This document shows, one piece after another, positions 18,473 through 27,637 of a stretch of 64,000 bases of DNA. Origin of the DNA: an uncultured Candidatus Saccharibacteria bacterium (GTDB taxonomy: Bacteria; Patescibacteriota; Doudnabacteria; UBA920); contig CAZQZS010000004.1 in NCBI GenBank assembly GCA_964597895.1, positions 10,955-74,954 on the forward strand, given 5' to 3'. The position numbers and the translations under genes were made by a program. The notes beneath the pieces were generated by a model. It saw nothing but the letters and a program-made list of their open reading frames with translations. It did not search any database and had not been told where the DNA came from. Position 1 is the first letter of the stretch. Every line of letters begins with the position of its first letter.

Positions 18473-19135
18473 TTAGATGTTAATTAATAGTAATGCCAAA
18501 AGCAGGCCGGGTGCAGTTTCTTGGAGTTTTTTGATTAGCCGCGAAAACTGCATCTTTAACGCACCCTCGGTTTTGCCGGTGAGGCCGGCGATTTCAGCGT
18601 AAGAAAGCTCATCCCAGAGCCGTAAGGTAAGTAGCTCACGCGCATCAACGGGGAGCGATTCCAGGAGTTTCTGGACCGATTCCGCAGAAAGCTGAGCGTC
18701 CACATCGGCTTCAATATTTGTGTCGTCTTGGAGGTCATAATGGTTATCTATTGTGTCGGTTGGCTTTTTGCGGCGCACCTCATCAATCATTAGATTGCGT
18801 GCTACGCGGTATAACCAAGCGCCAAAGGCTCCCTTGCCGGCGTCATATTGATGGATTTTATCAAAAGCCTGCAGGAATGTTTGACTGGTTAGATCTTCGG
18901 CCAATTCTTTATGATGCAAGCGATAAAACAAAAACCGATAAATTTTGTCTATGTAAAGGTCGTAGAGAACGGTAAACTGTTCGGTCTGCCCGGACTGCAC
19001 AGCAAACACGGCTTGCTGCTCAACCAAGAGGTCATTGTCGCTAGGCTGATTGTATTTTAACTCGGTCACTACGGCTTCACGAAGCATTAATTTCAGTCTT
19101 AATTTTACCACATTGTCGGGTTGAAGCGCTTTCAA
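18473..19135 (-). CDS. RNA polymerase ECF-type sigma-70 family factor
   Basis: Region 2 (YRFLFYRL...AEDLTSQTFLQAF...WLYRVARNLMIDEVRRKK) and region 4 HTH (LSYAEIAGLTGKTEGALKMQFSRL). Confidence 0.85.
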   Translation of the reverse strand: MKALQPDNVVKLRLKLMLREAVVTELKYNQPSDNDLLVEQQAVFAVQSGQTEQFTVLYDLYIDKIYRFLFYRLHHKELAEDLTSQTFLQAFDKIHQYDAGKGAFGAWLYRVARNLMIDEVRRKKPTDTIDNHYDLQDDTNIEADVDAQLSAESVQKLLESLPVDARELLTLRLWDELSYAEIAGLTGKTEGALKMQFSRLIKKLQETAPGLLLALLLINI

Positions 19136-19218
19136 TTTGCCTTACGGACCTCAGTTTTAAAAAGTAACAAAAGTTTATTTATATTTTATCTGCTTCTGAC
19201 CCTTTTACGTTAAAATTA

Positions 19219-19290
19219 GTCATCCTTGCACACCGAATCACTTTTTTTTCTGTCATTCCTGGGCCGAGCGAAGCGAGGAGCCGGGAATCC
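19219..19290 (+). repeat. R-family repeat copy R6 (19252-19290) preceded by a degenerate half-copy (19219-19241)
   Basis: GTCATTCCTGGGCCGAGCGAAGCGAGGAGCCGGGAATCC. Confidence 0.75.
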
Positions 19291-19304
19291 ATAACATCAA
19301 TCAA

Positions 19305-19592
19305 ATGAAAGAATATTACGTCTACATTATCGCCAACAAACCAAATGGAACGATATATACTGGTGTAACTTCAAATTTAAAAAAACGAGTATGGGAGCAT
19401 CAAGCCAAACTTGTTAGTGGTTTTAGTTCCAAATACCATATCCATATACTGGTATATTACGAAACTTTTATTAACCCATACACCGCGATTACGAGAGAAA
19501 AAACCATTAAGCATTGGAAAAGACAATGGCGAATCAATTTAATCGAAAAAAGTAATCCCCGATGGGAGAATTTGTCTTGTAAACTTTTTTAG
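19305..19592 (+). CDS. GIY-YIG nuclease family protein (YhbQ/UPF0213-like)
   Basis: YYVYIIANKPNGTIYTGVTSNLKKRVWEH contains the GIY...YIG core and a conserved R/E. 95 aa. Flanked on both sides by R-family repeats. Confidence 0.8.
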   Translation: MKEYYVYIIANKPNGTIYTGVTSNLKKRVWEHQAKLVSGFSSKYHIHILVYYETFINPYTAITREKTIKHWKRQWRINLIEKSNPRWENLSCKLF

Positions 19593-19593
19593 T

Positions 19594-19641
19594 GGATCCC
19601 CGGCTCTCGTCCGCCAGTCGGCGGACTCGCCCAGGGATGAC
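19594..19641 (-). repeat. R-family repeat copy R7 (inverted: GGATCCCCGG...CCCAGGGATGAC)
   Basis: Reverse complement of the R-family consensus. Internal TCCGCC-agtc-GGCGGA hairpin. Confidence 0.8.
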
Positions 19642-19686
19642 AAAAAGGAAAACCTCCGCAAAAGTGCCTAGGTAACAATTTTCTCT

Positions 19687-19725
19687 CCCATTCCGTGACC
19701 GAGTGAAGCAAGGAGGCTGGAATCC
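19687..19725 (+). repeat. R-family repeat copy R8 (degenerate)
   Basis: TCATTCCGTGACCGAGTGAAGCAAGGAGGCTGGAATCC, similar to R6. Confidence 0.55.
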
Positions 19726-19740
19726 AGTAGTATGAAAATC

Positions 19741-20415
19741 TTATTGACGCTTATCGCTATTGATGCGGCCGTCCACAAGTTGGATAATACGCTTGGCCTT
19801 TTGCGCATATTCTTCTTCGTGGGTAACCATAATAATGGTCTGACCTTCTTTGTGGAGATCCAGAAAGACTTCCAGGACTTGATGCGAACTGGTGACATCC
19901 AAGTTAGCGGTCGGCTCATCGGCAAACAATATTTTAGGGTGATGCGCTACGGCGCGCGCAATAGACACGCGCTGCTGCTGACCACCGGACAGCTGGCTAG
20001 GCAAATTACCCAGCTTATCCAATAGGCCAATCCTCGCAAGCGCTTTTTGCGCTTGAACATAAGCTTCGTTCTTGCTCATACCCTGCATGATCATCGGCAA
20101 AGCCACATTCTCTAAGGCAGTCATTTCTGGAAGCAAGGCGTAATCCTGAAACACGTAACCCAGCTGACGAAGGCGGAATTCAGTTTTTTCGGCATTGTTG
20201 AGCTCGGAAGTTTTTACTCCGTCAATCACCACTTCGCCCGCAGTTGGCTCGTCTAGTAACGACAGTTGATACATCAAGGTGCTCTTCCCTGCTCCAGACG
20301 GACCGATAACCGCGACAAACTCGCCAGACTCAATTTGAAGATCAATGCTTTTAAGCACTGTTAGTTCTAGCTCGTCCTTACCGAATTTTTTTACTATGCC
20401 TGTAGCGGTAATCAT
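19741..20415 (-). CDS. ABC transporter ATP-binding protein (MacB/LolD/FtsE-like)
   Basis: Walker A GPSGAGKST, signature LSGGQQQRVSIARA, Walker B ILFADEPT. Confidence 0.9.
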   Translation of the reverse strand: MITATGIVKKFGKDELELTVLKSIDLQIESGEFVAVIGPSGAGKSTLMYQLSLLDEPTAGEVVIDGVKTSELNNAEKTEFRLRQLGYVFQDYALLPEMTALENVALPMIMQGMSKNEAYVQAQKALARIGLLDKLGNLPSQLSGGQQQRVSIARAVAHHPKILFADEPTANLDVTSSHQVLEVFLDLHKEGQTIIMVTHEEEYAQKAKRIIQLVDGRINSDKRQ

Positions 20416-20416
20416 A

Positions 20417-21715
20417 TTAGCGTCCTAAGATTGAATCTAATGTATTGCGGCGCACGATTAGCTTAGCGGGAATGTACCCAGCCAGCAAAGTTACTACCAA
20501 CAAGATGGCTACACGAACAGCCGATCCAATTGGTGTGGCCACCAAAATACCATCCGAAAACGGAAAGTTAATTGGGTTAGCGTCAAAGTAAGGCTTAAGC
20601 ACCACGAAAGTCAAAAACAATCCGATAGCCGAACCAATCACGCCATAAAAAAATGCTTGCATGATATATGAAACCTGAATTGCCTTCGGGCTGATGCCAA
20701 TGCCTTTCATAATGCCGATAAACTTGCGGCGCGTAACTGCGTTAATAAAAATCACTATAAAGACTGTGATGGACGCTACCACTAAAGCGATAGAAGACAA
20801 AGCATTGCCTAAGATATTAAAGGTCGTTTGGATGTCGCGTAAGAATGACGGAATCGCCTGCTCTGCGGTCTGGATGAGCGCGTCGTTGTCGCCATTAAAA
20901 GCAATCAGCTGATTTACATATTTCTCTGCGTAGAGCGGGTCTTTAAGGCGCACCGCGATAGACTGATACTGCTCTTGATTCACAGTTAACATACGGCGCA
21001 GTTCTGTGTCCAAAATAAACATACGGGTTGAAACTTCGTCTACCTTGCTTTTTACCAAGCCCTTAACGATTAAATCTTTGCTCACTTGCCCGTCCCCGGA
21101 AGATAAGGTTAGACGCACCTTATCGCCGACCTTTACACCTTTAAGCAAATTCAGTCCGGGAATATCTACATCACCAAAAGAAGAATACTCTTTGATCAAA
21201 TTGGCGCCGATCAAAATATAACCTTCTTCGCCGCGGCGCAAAGTTTCCCCTTCAATTAACGCATCCGAAAAATTAGTAAGCTTTTCTTCGGCCTCCGGAT
21301 CAATACCCATGACGCGAGAACCGACTTGATTTGGCTTTTCTTCTTTAGGCGCGTTTTCATCAAGCGTGCCCAGCACCTGCCCGTCGGCGGAAATTCGCGC
21401 CGAATAATGAACCGTTTGCGGATGAGTCTTGATAAAAGAAATTAACTGTGGCGAGTTTTCTATAATGTCACGTCCAGACTCAGGGGTAATAATCACATCA
21501 GCAGCCCAGTCATTCTTGAACGACAATACAGCGCCGCTGATCAACCCTACTAGCAAACCAGATACAACCACCAGGTTTAAGAAAGTGAGAACCATGATGG
21601 AGACAATCAAAACCGTAGTGCCTTTACTGGAACGCTTAATCTGCCTGAAAGCCAAAAACCATCCGACACGGATGGCATTCAACCACTCTTTTTTTAAATC
21701 CAAAAAGCGTTTCAT
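20417..21715 (-). CDS. ABC transporter permease, FtsX/MacB-like with large extracytoplasmic domain
   Basis: N-terminal TM, about 250-aa periplasmic-type domain, then C-terminal TM bundle. Adjacent to the ATPase and the membrane-fusion protein. Confidence 0.8.
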   Translation of the reverse strand: MKRFLDLKKEWLNAIRVGWFLAFRQIKRSSKGTTVLIVSIMVLTFLNLVVVSGLLVGLISGAVLSFKNDWAADVIITPESGRDIIENSPQLISFIKTHPQTVHYSARISADGQVLGTLDENAPKEEKPNQVGSRVMGIDPEAEEKLTNFSDALIEGETLRRGEEGYILIGANLIKEYSSFGDVDIPGLNLLKGVKVGDKVRLTLSSGDGQVSKDLIVKGLVKSKVDEVSTRMFILDTELRRMLTVNQEQYQSIAVRLKDPLYAEKYVNQLIAFNGDNDALIQTAEQAIPSFLRDIQTTFNILGNALSSIALVVASITVFIVIFINAVTRRKFIGIMKGIGISPKAIQVSYIMQAFFYGVIGSAIGLFLTFVVLKPYFDANPINFPFSDGILVATPIGSAVRVAILLVVTLLAGYIPAKLIVRRNTLDSILGR

Positions 21716-23286
21716 TATTCTTCTGGATCAGTAATGATTTCTTGGCCGGCTTCTAGCCCGCTGGTAACTTCAATTAAACCACCGTCACCGCGCACTCCGG
21801 TGGTAATCTTTTGTTCTGAATAATCCTTGGTGTTACTACCAGAAACCACTCGGACAACTTTCTCACCGTCTGCTTCTACTACAGCTAATTCTGGAATGGC
21901 TAAGACATTTTGCTTAAAGCTTGTGATGATGGTTAAATTGGCGGTCATCCCAGGCTTAATCTCTTCTACTTTACCGACCGCTGCTTTAATTTTGTAGTTA
22001 ACAATTCCGGAAACCAAAGTTGAAGCCGGATCAATCATAGCTACGCGGCCTTTAAAGACCTTGTCGCTACCCAGAGCATCAAAGGTAAATTCCACTTCTT
22101 GGTCCAGTTTGATTTCGGCGATATTAGCTTCGGCGATGTTAGCTTCGACATAAAGATTTTCTAAATCCTTCAAAACAATAGAAGGCTTGGTAGGTGTGGC
22201 AGCTTCGCCGACATCTACCTCTATTGCAGTAATGGTGCCGTTTGCCGGGGCACGAATCAGCGTGCTCTCGTAAGCCGAACTAGCCGCCTGGAGCTGTCCT
22301 TCTGCACTCAAAATAGAAGCTTTGGCAATTGCTACATCTTCGGGACGGGCAGCTGCAAGGGTTTGCTCTAAGTTATACTGCGCCTGATCTAACGCCGACT
22401 CTGCAGCATTAACATTGTTTTGCGCTGTTAATAAAGCGACATCGCGAGCCTGCAAGGCTGCATTGTATGCGTTAAGATTGGTTAAATAATCGCTAGCTTC
22501 TAGATTTGGTATATCTACACGCCATTCTGGATTTCCCCCAAAACTGCCAGTTTCTGAAAAAGTTACAAATAGTCCTTGCGTGCCTAACGGTGTCGGAATG
22601 CCGCGGCGAATAGTTTCTGTGCCCACTCCAGTTTCTAAACCGCGATAACGGACCTTAAAACCTGAGGTGATGAATTCAACTTCAAACTCATAATAACCAG
22701 ACTCTGCGCCCTGATAAGCGCCGGTGACAGTGGCTGTTACTTCGCCAGAAACAATTCGTGCCCTTTTAGCTTCCAGGCCAGAATTATAAAAAGTAAGACG
22801 TGCATTCTTAACCAAATTTTCTTGCTGGAATGCAGCCGCGTTATAGGCTAACTCGGCGTTGCGCAGAGCCACTTCGGCACTGCGGACAGCTGCTTTGGCG
22901 ATGTTAACTTCTGGAGTATCTGCGCCGTTCACAATCTTGTCGTAGCTGGCTTGCGCTGAAGCAAGAGCAGCACGCGCCTGTGTGACCTGGGCGGCCTCAG
23001 CGGAACCATCCAGTGCGGCAATGATCTCACCTTCTTCTACACGGTCGCCGACTTTAGCGTTGACGCGCTCTACGATACCAGATGACTTGAATGCCAAATC
23101 AATATCAGTGTTACTGATTACTTGTCCTGTAGCTAAAACAGTTTTACGCAAATCACCTTTCACTATAATTTGTGTCGTAGCATCGTCCTTACCTTGGCTA
23201 GCAATAATGCCAAAACCGATTAGACCAACCAGCACTAATCCAATCACACCGTAAACTATTCTTTTTTTAGTGAAAAAAGTTCTCAT
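21715..23286 (-). CDS. HlyD/MacA-family periplasmic adaptor (membrane fusion protein)
   Basis: N-terminal TM, long Ala-rich coiled-coil hairpin, C-terminal beta-barrel-like region. Translationally coupled (shares a start/stop base) with the permease gene. Confidence 0.75.
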   Translation of the reverse strand: MRTFFTKKRIVYGVIGLVLVGLIGFGIIASQGKDDATTQIIVKGDLRKTVLATGQVISNTDIDLAFKSSGIVERVNAKVGDRVEEGEIIAALDGSAEAAQVTQARAALASAQASYDKIVNGADTPEVNIAKAAVRSAEVALRNAELAYNAAAFQQENLVKNARLTFYNSGLEAKRARIVSGEVTATVTGAYQGAESGYYEFEVEFITSGFKVRYRGLETGVGTETIRRGIPTPLGTQGLFVTFSETGSFGGNPEWRVDIPNLEASDYLTNLNAYNAALQARDVALLTAQNNVNAAESALDQAQYNLEQTLAAARPEDVAIAKASILSAEGQLQAASSAYESTLIRAPANGTITAIEVDVGEAATPTKPSIVLKDLENLYVEANIAEANIAEIKLDQEVEFTFDALGSDKVFKGRVAMIDPASTLVSGIVNYKIKAAVGKVEEIKPGMTANLTIITSFKQNVLAIPELAVVEADGEKVVRVVSGSNTKDYSEQKITTGVRGDGGLIEVTSGLEAGQEIITDPEE

Positions 23287-23338
23287 ACTAATAAAATGCC
23301 CAGAAGTAGCTAAAGTAGCCGCTTTGGGCGTAGCAAGC

Positions 23339-23797
23339 TTATTTTAGCTGGTTTTTTGATTTTTGTGAAGGTTTATTACGCAGCAAACTGGTTTTAAAGA
23401 CAGCAGGCTTGTAAGCCTTCAGGCGCGCGATTTTTGGGCGCAACCCAGCCTTGGCCAAATCCTTGCGCAGGCCGCCAACATAAGCAGTCTGGTCATAACC
23501 CAATGCAATGATGTCTGGCCTGAGTTTTACGATATGAGGAATATGCTTATAGACACCTCCGAGTATCACCTGATCCACCAAAGAATTTTTTGCCACTAAG
23601 CGCCGACGGGCTTGTTCGTTTTTGCGCGGCAAACGCCCTTTAATTTTTTTAACATTGCGGTCGCGCGCAATTGAAACTACCAAAAATGGATTTTGGGCTA
23701 ACTGGCGAGCTTGTTCAAAAAACCTGACATGACCGTCATGGATCATATCAAAAGTTCCAAAAACCAAAATCTTTTGCTGCTTAACTGTTTGGCTCAT
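23339..23797 (-). CDS. cytidylyltransferase-like nucleotidyltransferase (TagD/RfaE-domain-II-like)
   Basis: VFGTFDMIHDGH HxGH motif; 152 aa. Confidence 0.6.
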   Translation of the reverse strand: MSQTVKQQKILVFGTFDMIHDGHVRFFEQARQLAQNPFLVVSIARDRNVKKIKGRLPRKNEQARRRLVAKNSLVDQVILGGVYKHIPHIVKLRPDIIALGYDQTAYVGGLRKDLAKAGLRPKIARLKAYKPAVFKTSLLRNKPSQKSKNQLK

Positions 23798-25229
23798 AAC
23801 CGCGCCTTAACAGCTTCATGACAAATTGCCAGTCGTCCTTATTAAAGAAGCCGAGGAGTAGCAGCACTAAGCCGTAAATCACAGCACCAGCCAGTACTGG
23901 TATGGCCAAAAATTGATCGCGCAGGAAAAACACTGCCGCGCCCATTACAGCCGCAGCAATGAACGGCTGCCAAAGATTGCGAAAAAACGCGAACTTAGTG
24001 ATTCGTGATTTTACAAAGTAGAAATAAAAAATTCCCTGAAGGCCTTCTGAAACCAAAGTCATAATAGCGGCACTGATAATTCCGTAACGAGGCAGCAAAA
24101 TTAAGTTGCCGATGATGTTGATCACCACATTAACCCCAGTGACAATCGTAGCCAACTTCGTTAGCTGAGAAACAACTAATGCGTTCACAACAATATAAAT
24201 AAACAAAATTGCCGGTGCCCACACCAAAACCGCTAACACATCAGCTGCCGGCGCGAATTGTTCACCTGCCAACAAGCGAATAATAGGTTCAGACAGGAGC
24301 ATCCCGCCAGTTGCTAAAGGCAACGCAATCGCTGCCATAAAGCGGAGGTACTTTTCTAAAACAATGCGCACATCGCCAATTTTGCGCTCAACCATAAATC
24401 TCGCGAACACTGGATATAACGAATGAGAAACCACGGCTGGAAAAAACGCCATCAGATCAAAAAACTTATAAGCCGCAGTGTAAAGACCAGTTTGGGTGTA
24501 GCCTAAAATGTTTGTAATCAAAACGATATCAATACGGTTATAAATTGTACTGAACCCGACCAACATCGCAAACGGCACCGAAGCCAGCAGAATTTGCTTT
24601 ACCACCGAAAAGTTTATACTCAAAATGCCTCGCATCATTTCTGGAGAGCCAATGTACGGACGGACATAGCGGTAATACATTGTCAGAGCCAAAAAACCAT
24701 AGATAACTTGCTGGCTGGTTAGCATAACAATGCTGCCGCCAGTCCAGATGGTTAAAAAGATAATGCTTACATTAATAACAGAGCTGATAAAATTGAGCAG
24801 CGCAGCTTTTTTGAGATCATAAAACGCGGTAATCACCGCCAGGAACGGATAAGTCAAACCGTGCAAAGCTGTACCAAAACCTGCCACAGCGATAGCTTTA
24901 AACACTACTGGTTCATAATTATTTAGATAAGCAATAGCCAGCATAGCACCGTAAACTACAAACGCCAGCACTGCCTCCACAGCCAGAAAATTATGAAAAT
25001 AGTGCTTGGCCTTGCTGCGATCCTCGCTGATTTTTTTGATAATGTACTGCTGAATACCAAAGTCAATAATCACCCCAAATAAGGTCACATAGGAAAGCAC
25101 AAACTGAAACTGCCCACTCGCAGTCGGTCCCAGATAGCGAAACAGTTGGGTGTAAGCCAAAAATAAAAGACCCAAAGAGAGGACCCTTGAGACTGACAGC
25201 CAAATAATATTTTTTGACGGTGATGACAT
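23781..25229 (-). CDS. polysaccharide/oligosaccharide flippase (Wzx/MOP superfamily)
   Basis: 482 aa, about 12-14 TM helices. Confidence 0.65.
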   Translation of the reverse strand: MSSPSKNIIWLSVSRVLSLGLLFLAYTQLFRYLGPTASGQFQFVLSYVTLFGVIIDFGIQQYIIKKISEDRSKAKHYFHNFLAVEAVLAFVVYGAMLAIAYLNNYEPVVFKAIAVAGFGTALHGLTYPFLAVITAFYDLKKAALLNFISSVINVSIIFLTIWTGGSIVMLTSQQVIYGFLALTMYYRYVRPYIGSPEMMRGILSINFSVVKQILLASVPFAMLVGFSTIYNRIDIVLITNILGYTQTGLYTAAYKFFDLMAFFPAVVSHSLYPVFARFMVERKIGDVRIVLEKYLRFMAAIALPLATGGMLLSEPIIRLLAGEQFAPAADVLAVLVWAPAILFIYIVVNALVVSQLTKLATIVTGVNVVINIIGNLILLPRYGIISAAIMTLVSEGLQGIFYFYFVKSRITKFAFFRNLWQPFIAAAVMGAAVFFLRDQFLAIPVLAGAVIYGLVLLLLGFFNKDDWQFVMKLLRRGYEPNS

Positions 25230-25313
25230 TGGCTATATTATAGCAAATCTTGACTTTTGGGGTATAATTTAGTAAAGTGTGTTGTTAGGCTAGCACTAAT
25301 AAAGGAGGAAATT

Positions 25314-25604
25314 ATGGCTGATCATGAACACTGCCCTGTGCAGTCAATTATCAACGCGGTCTTTAACGGATTCAAGGGAATCCCGGAGGAAATCGCCAAA
25401 ACTGTGCGCGAGTGCGAAAAATGTTTTGTGTTTTTCTACGGAGCGCATCTCGGCGAGGAGTTGCTTGCAAGTCCGAGCCAAAGAAGTTACGGCGAAAACT
25501 TCCATCTTGAGCACTGCTCAAGCTGCCGAAACCAGCAAAGAAGGCTACTGCCCAACAAAATGGGCCGCAGTCATCCCGACTATATTAGCAAGATCGCATT
25601 TTAG
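25314..25604 (+). CDS. small Cys/His-rich hypothetical protein (97 aa)
   Basis: Start chosen at the ATG 7 nt after AGGAGG (MADHEHCPVQ...). C-x-C/CxxC/HCSSC pattern. Followed by its own terminator. Confidence 0.5.
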   Translation: MADHEHCPVQSIINAVFNGFKGIPEEIAKTVRECEKCFVFFYGAHLGEELLASPSQRSYGENFHLEHCSSCRNQQRRLLPNKMGRSHPDYISKIAF

Positions 25605-25642
25605 AAAAAACACCGAGCTCTCACTCGGTGTTTAATTTTTTA
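25605..25642. terminator. rho-independent terminator between convergent genes
   Basis: ACACCGAG-ctctc-CTCGGTGT followed by TTAATTTTTT. Confidence 0.7.
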
Positions 25643-27520
25643 TTATTGCTGGGCGCCTAAATATTTAGCGAGCTCTGCACCTGACACTGCAACGATGTCA
25701 GAGAAACTGAGGCCACGAGATTTGAACTCTGAGCCGGACAAAGCTTTAAGTGAACCGCCCTCTACAATATAGACCGCCGGGCCGTTAGTTGCTTTGAGCA
25801 AAGTTCCGTCTTTTGGCATGATTGGCTCGCCTTCCGGCCACGAACGGTGCTCTGATTCCGCCAAGGTTACATCTGGCGTAATACCGCGCTGCTTGGCCAC
25901 GAACGGCGCAATATAATGACTACTGCCGTTGCGGTACAAAAATTGTACTCCGCTTTCGGCAACCTTGTAGTAAGTAGTATCTTTTGGCTCGGCAAGAGCT
26001 CCAAGGGGAATCGCATTAAACTCGTCGTCGCTGATTGTTTTGATGTCCGCAAAGGTTTGGCCGTATGTTTTAAATACTGCTAAAGACGGAATCGGGCGAC
26101 GAATACGCGCCGCAATTAGTGATACCGTTGGGTCGTTAGGCGACTTAACCATGGTGCCGTCCAGTGGCGGCAAGAACCCGCCTTTTGTATAGAGTGCCAA
26201 TTCGTCATCAGGAATAATTTGCACCTGATTAGCCAAGCCTCGCTGTTCAAATACTAACGCGGATACCAAGCGCAGTTGAGCGTTTTCTACAATATAAACT
26301 TCTGGGCCGCTAAATCCGCGGAGTACCGTACCTTCGTTTGGAGGTAAGCGGTGCGCTGGCAAAAATGGCTTAATGTCTTCCTCACCAGCTTCAATTGCTT
26401 TTTGCACAGAACCGCCACGCTGCTTAATAATAGACTCGCTCGCCTCGTACAATAAATTGTCTACAAAGATGTAAGTTTTATCCTCTACTTTTACTACTGC
26501 GTTGTCGGCTAACCCAAGCAAGCCGCCTTTAGTGTAAGTATTAAATTCTGCTGCTCGCACGCTGGTCACGTCGCGTGAACGGGTGCTAATCTTTCGAGCT
26601 TTCTTAACGAAATCATTTATCTCCCAAACTTTACTATCGTCTATCATGTAATACTTGCGGCTGTATTTCAGGACACTGCCTTCACCCAGAGTTTTACCGC
26701 CTGCAGCGTCGCGGCTTCCAGTACCAAACCACTCCTTCATGTAACGCCAGAAATTATAATTGCCGTTAAAGACATGGGGAGTATAACGGTAAAGGGCAGC
26801 GGTGGCAGCATTCTCCAAAGTGACGGTCTGATTTGGCTGAACACCTTGATAACCCCCTAAAGTATTTGACAGCACGATAGTGTCGCCAACTTTGGCAGCA
26901 CCGCCATTATAAAATGGGCCACGTCCCCCGGGTGTTGTTGCTGAACGCATTAACGAACGAGCTGCACCTAAATAACGATTATTTTCGGAGTCAACATTGC
27001 CAAATAGCTGGAAGTAAAAGCCTCTGTATAATTCACCGCAGGGCTGGCTATCAGGACAACCAAAGCCCATAGAAAAATCTAAAGCTCGCTGAACTTGTTC
27101 GGGAGTGTTGGTTTGCCGGCCGGTAATTAAACTCTGTTCTTTTTGAAGAGTGACTAAGATTACCTGAGGATTGATTCCGCTTTGCTGGCTAACGTCATAA
27201 ATCAGCTGTGCAGCACTGCGGCGCGAAGAACCTAAATTGCTATCCTCTAAAATTCCCGCCAAAGAGGAGTTGCCGATTGGCTCTTTGAGTTTTTCGGTAA
27301 AGCTAGAGCTGGTATTGGCTAAGATGCTGTTTTTACTCTCCAAAAATTTTTGTATGTCGCTAGCCGACATAGAGCTTTTGTTTTTAAAAGCGCTGTCGCT
27401 GATTAGCTGATTTGGGTCAAAACCGCGCTCAACAGGCAAAGCAGCCAAGGCTGGCTGAGCAGTGCCGGCCAAGATGATGGCAGCGGCAAAAAATATAAAT
27501 AGTTTGTGAGTTTTGTTCAT
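25643..27520 (-). CDS. large secreted hypothetical protein with C-terminal repeat modules shared with the adjacent subtilase
   Basis: Signal peptide MNKTHKLFIFFAAAIILAGTAQPALA. Three or four C-terminal modules of about 55 aa (DGTxxK...P.VY.VE.G.L...S...F..RGL.F). Confidence 0.5.
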   Translation of the reverse strand: MNKTHKLFIFFAAAIILAGTAQPALAALPVERGFDPNQLISDSAFKNKSSMSASDIQKFLESKNSILANTSSSFTEKLKEPIGNSSLAGILEDSNLGSSRRSAAQLIYDVSQQSGINPQVILVTLQKEQSLITGRQTNTPEQVQRALDFSMGFGCPDSQPCGELYRGFYFQLFGNVDSENNRYLGAARSLMRSATTPGGRGPFYNGGAAKVGDTIVLSNTLGGYQGVQPNQTVTLENAATAALYRYTPHVFNGNYNFWRYMKEWFGTGSRDAAGGKTLGEGSVLKYSRKYYMIDDSKVWEINDFVKKARKISTRSRDVTSVRAAEFNTYTKGGLLGLADNAVVKVEDKTYIFVDNLLYEASESIIKQRGGSVQKAIEAGEEDIKPFLPAHRLPPNEGTVLRGFSGPEVYIVENAQLRLVSALVFEQRGLANQVQIIPDDELALYTKGGFLPPLDGTMVKSPNDPTVSLIAARIRRPIPSLAVFKTYGQTFADIKTISDDEFNAIPLGALAEPKDTTYYKVAESGVQFLYRNGSSHYIAPFVAKQRGITPDVTLAESEHRSWPEGEPIMPKDGTLLKATNGPAVYIVEGGSLKALSGSEFKSRGLSFSDIVAVSGAELAKYLGAQQ

Positions 27521-27637
27521 AGTTACGTTGATTTATTATAACACACCCTTTTTAGATAACGATTATTTAGACGGAATATTTCTGAGTTTATTTCTAGATA
27601 ACAGGAAAAAAATAATTTCTGCTTTACAATCATAATA

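Noticed and set aside
25257-25313. Earlier start for the Cys-rich small protein (MGYNLVKCVV...).
   Set aside because: AGGAGG lies inside this extension, 7 nt before the downstream ATG, so the shorter product was preferred.
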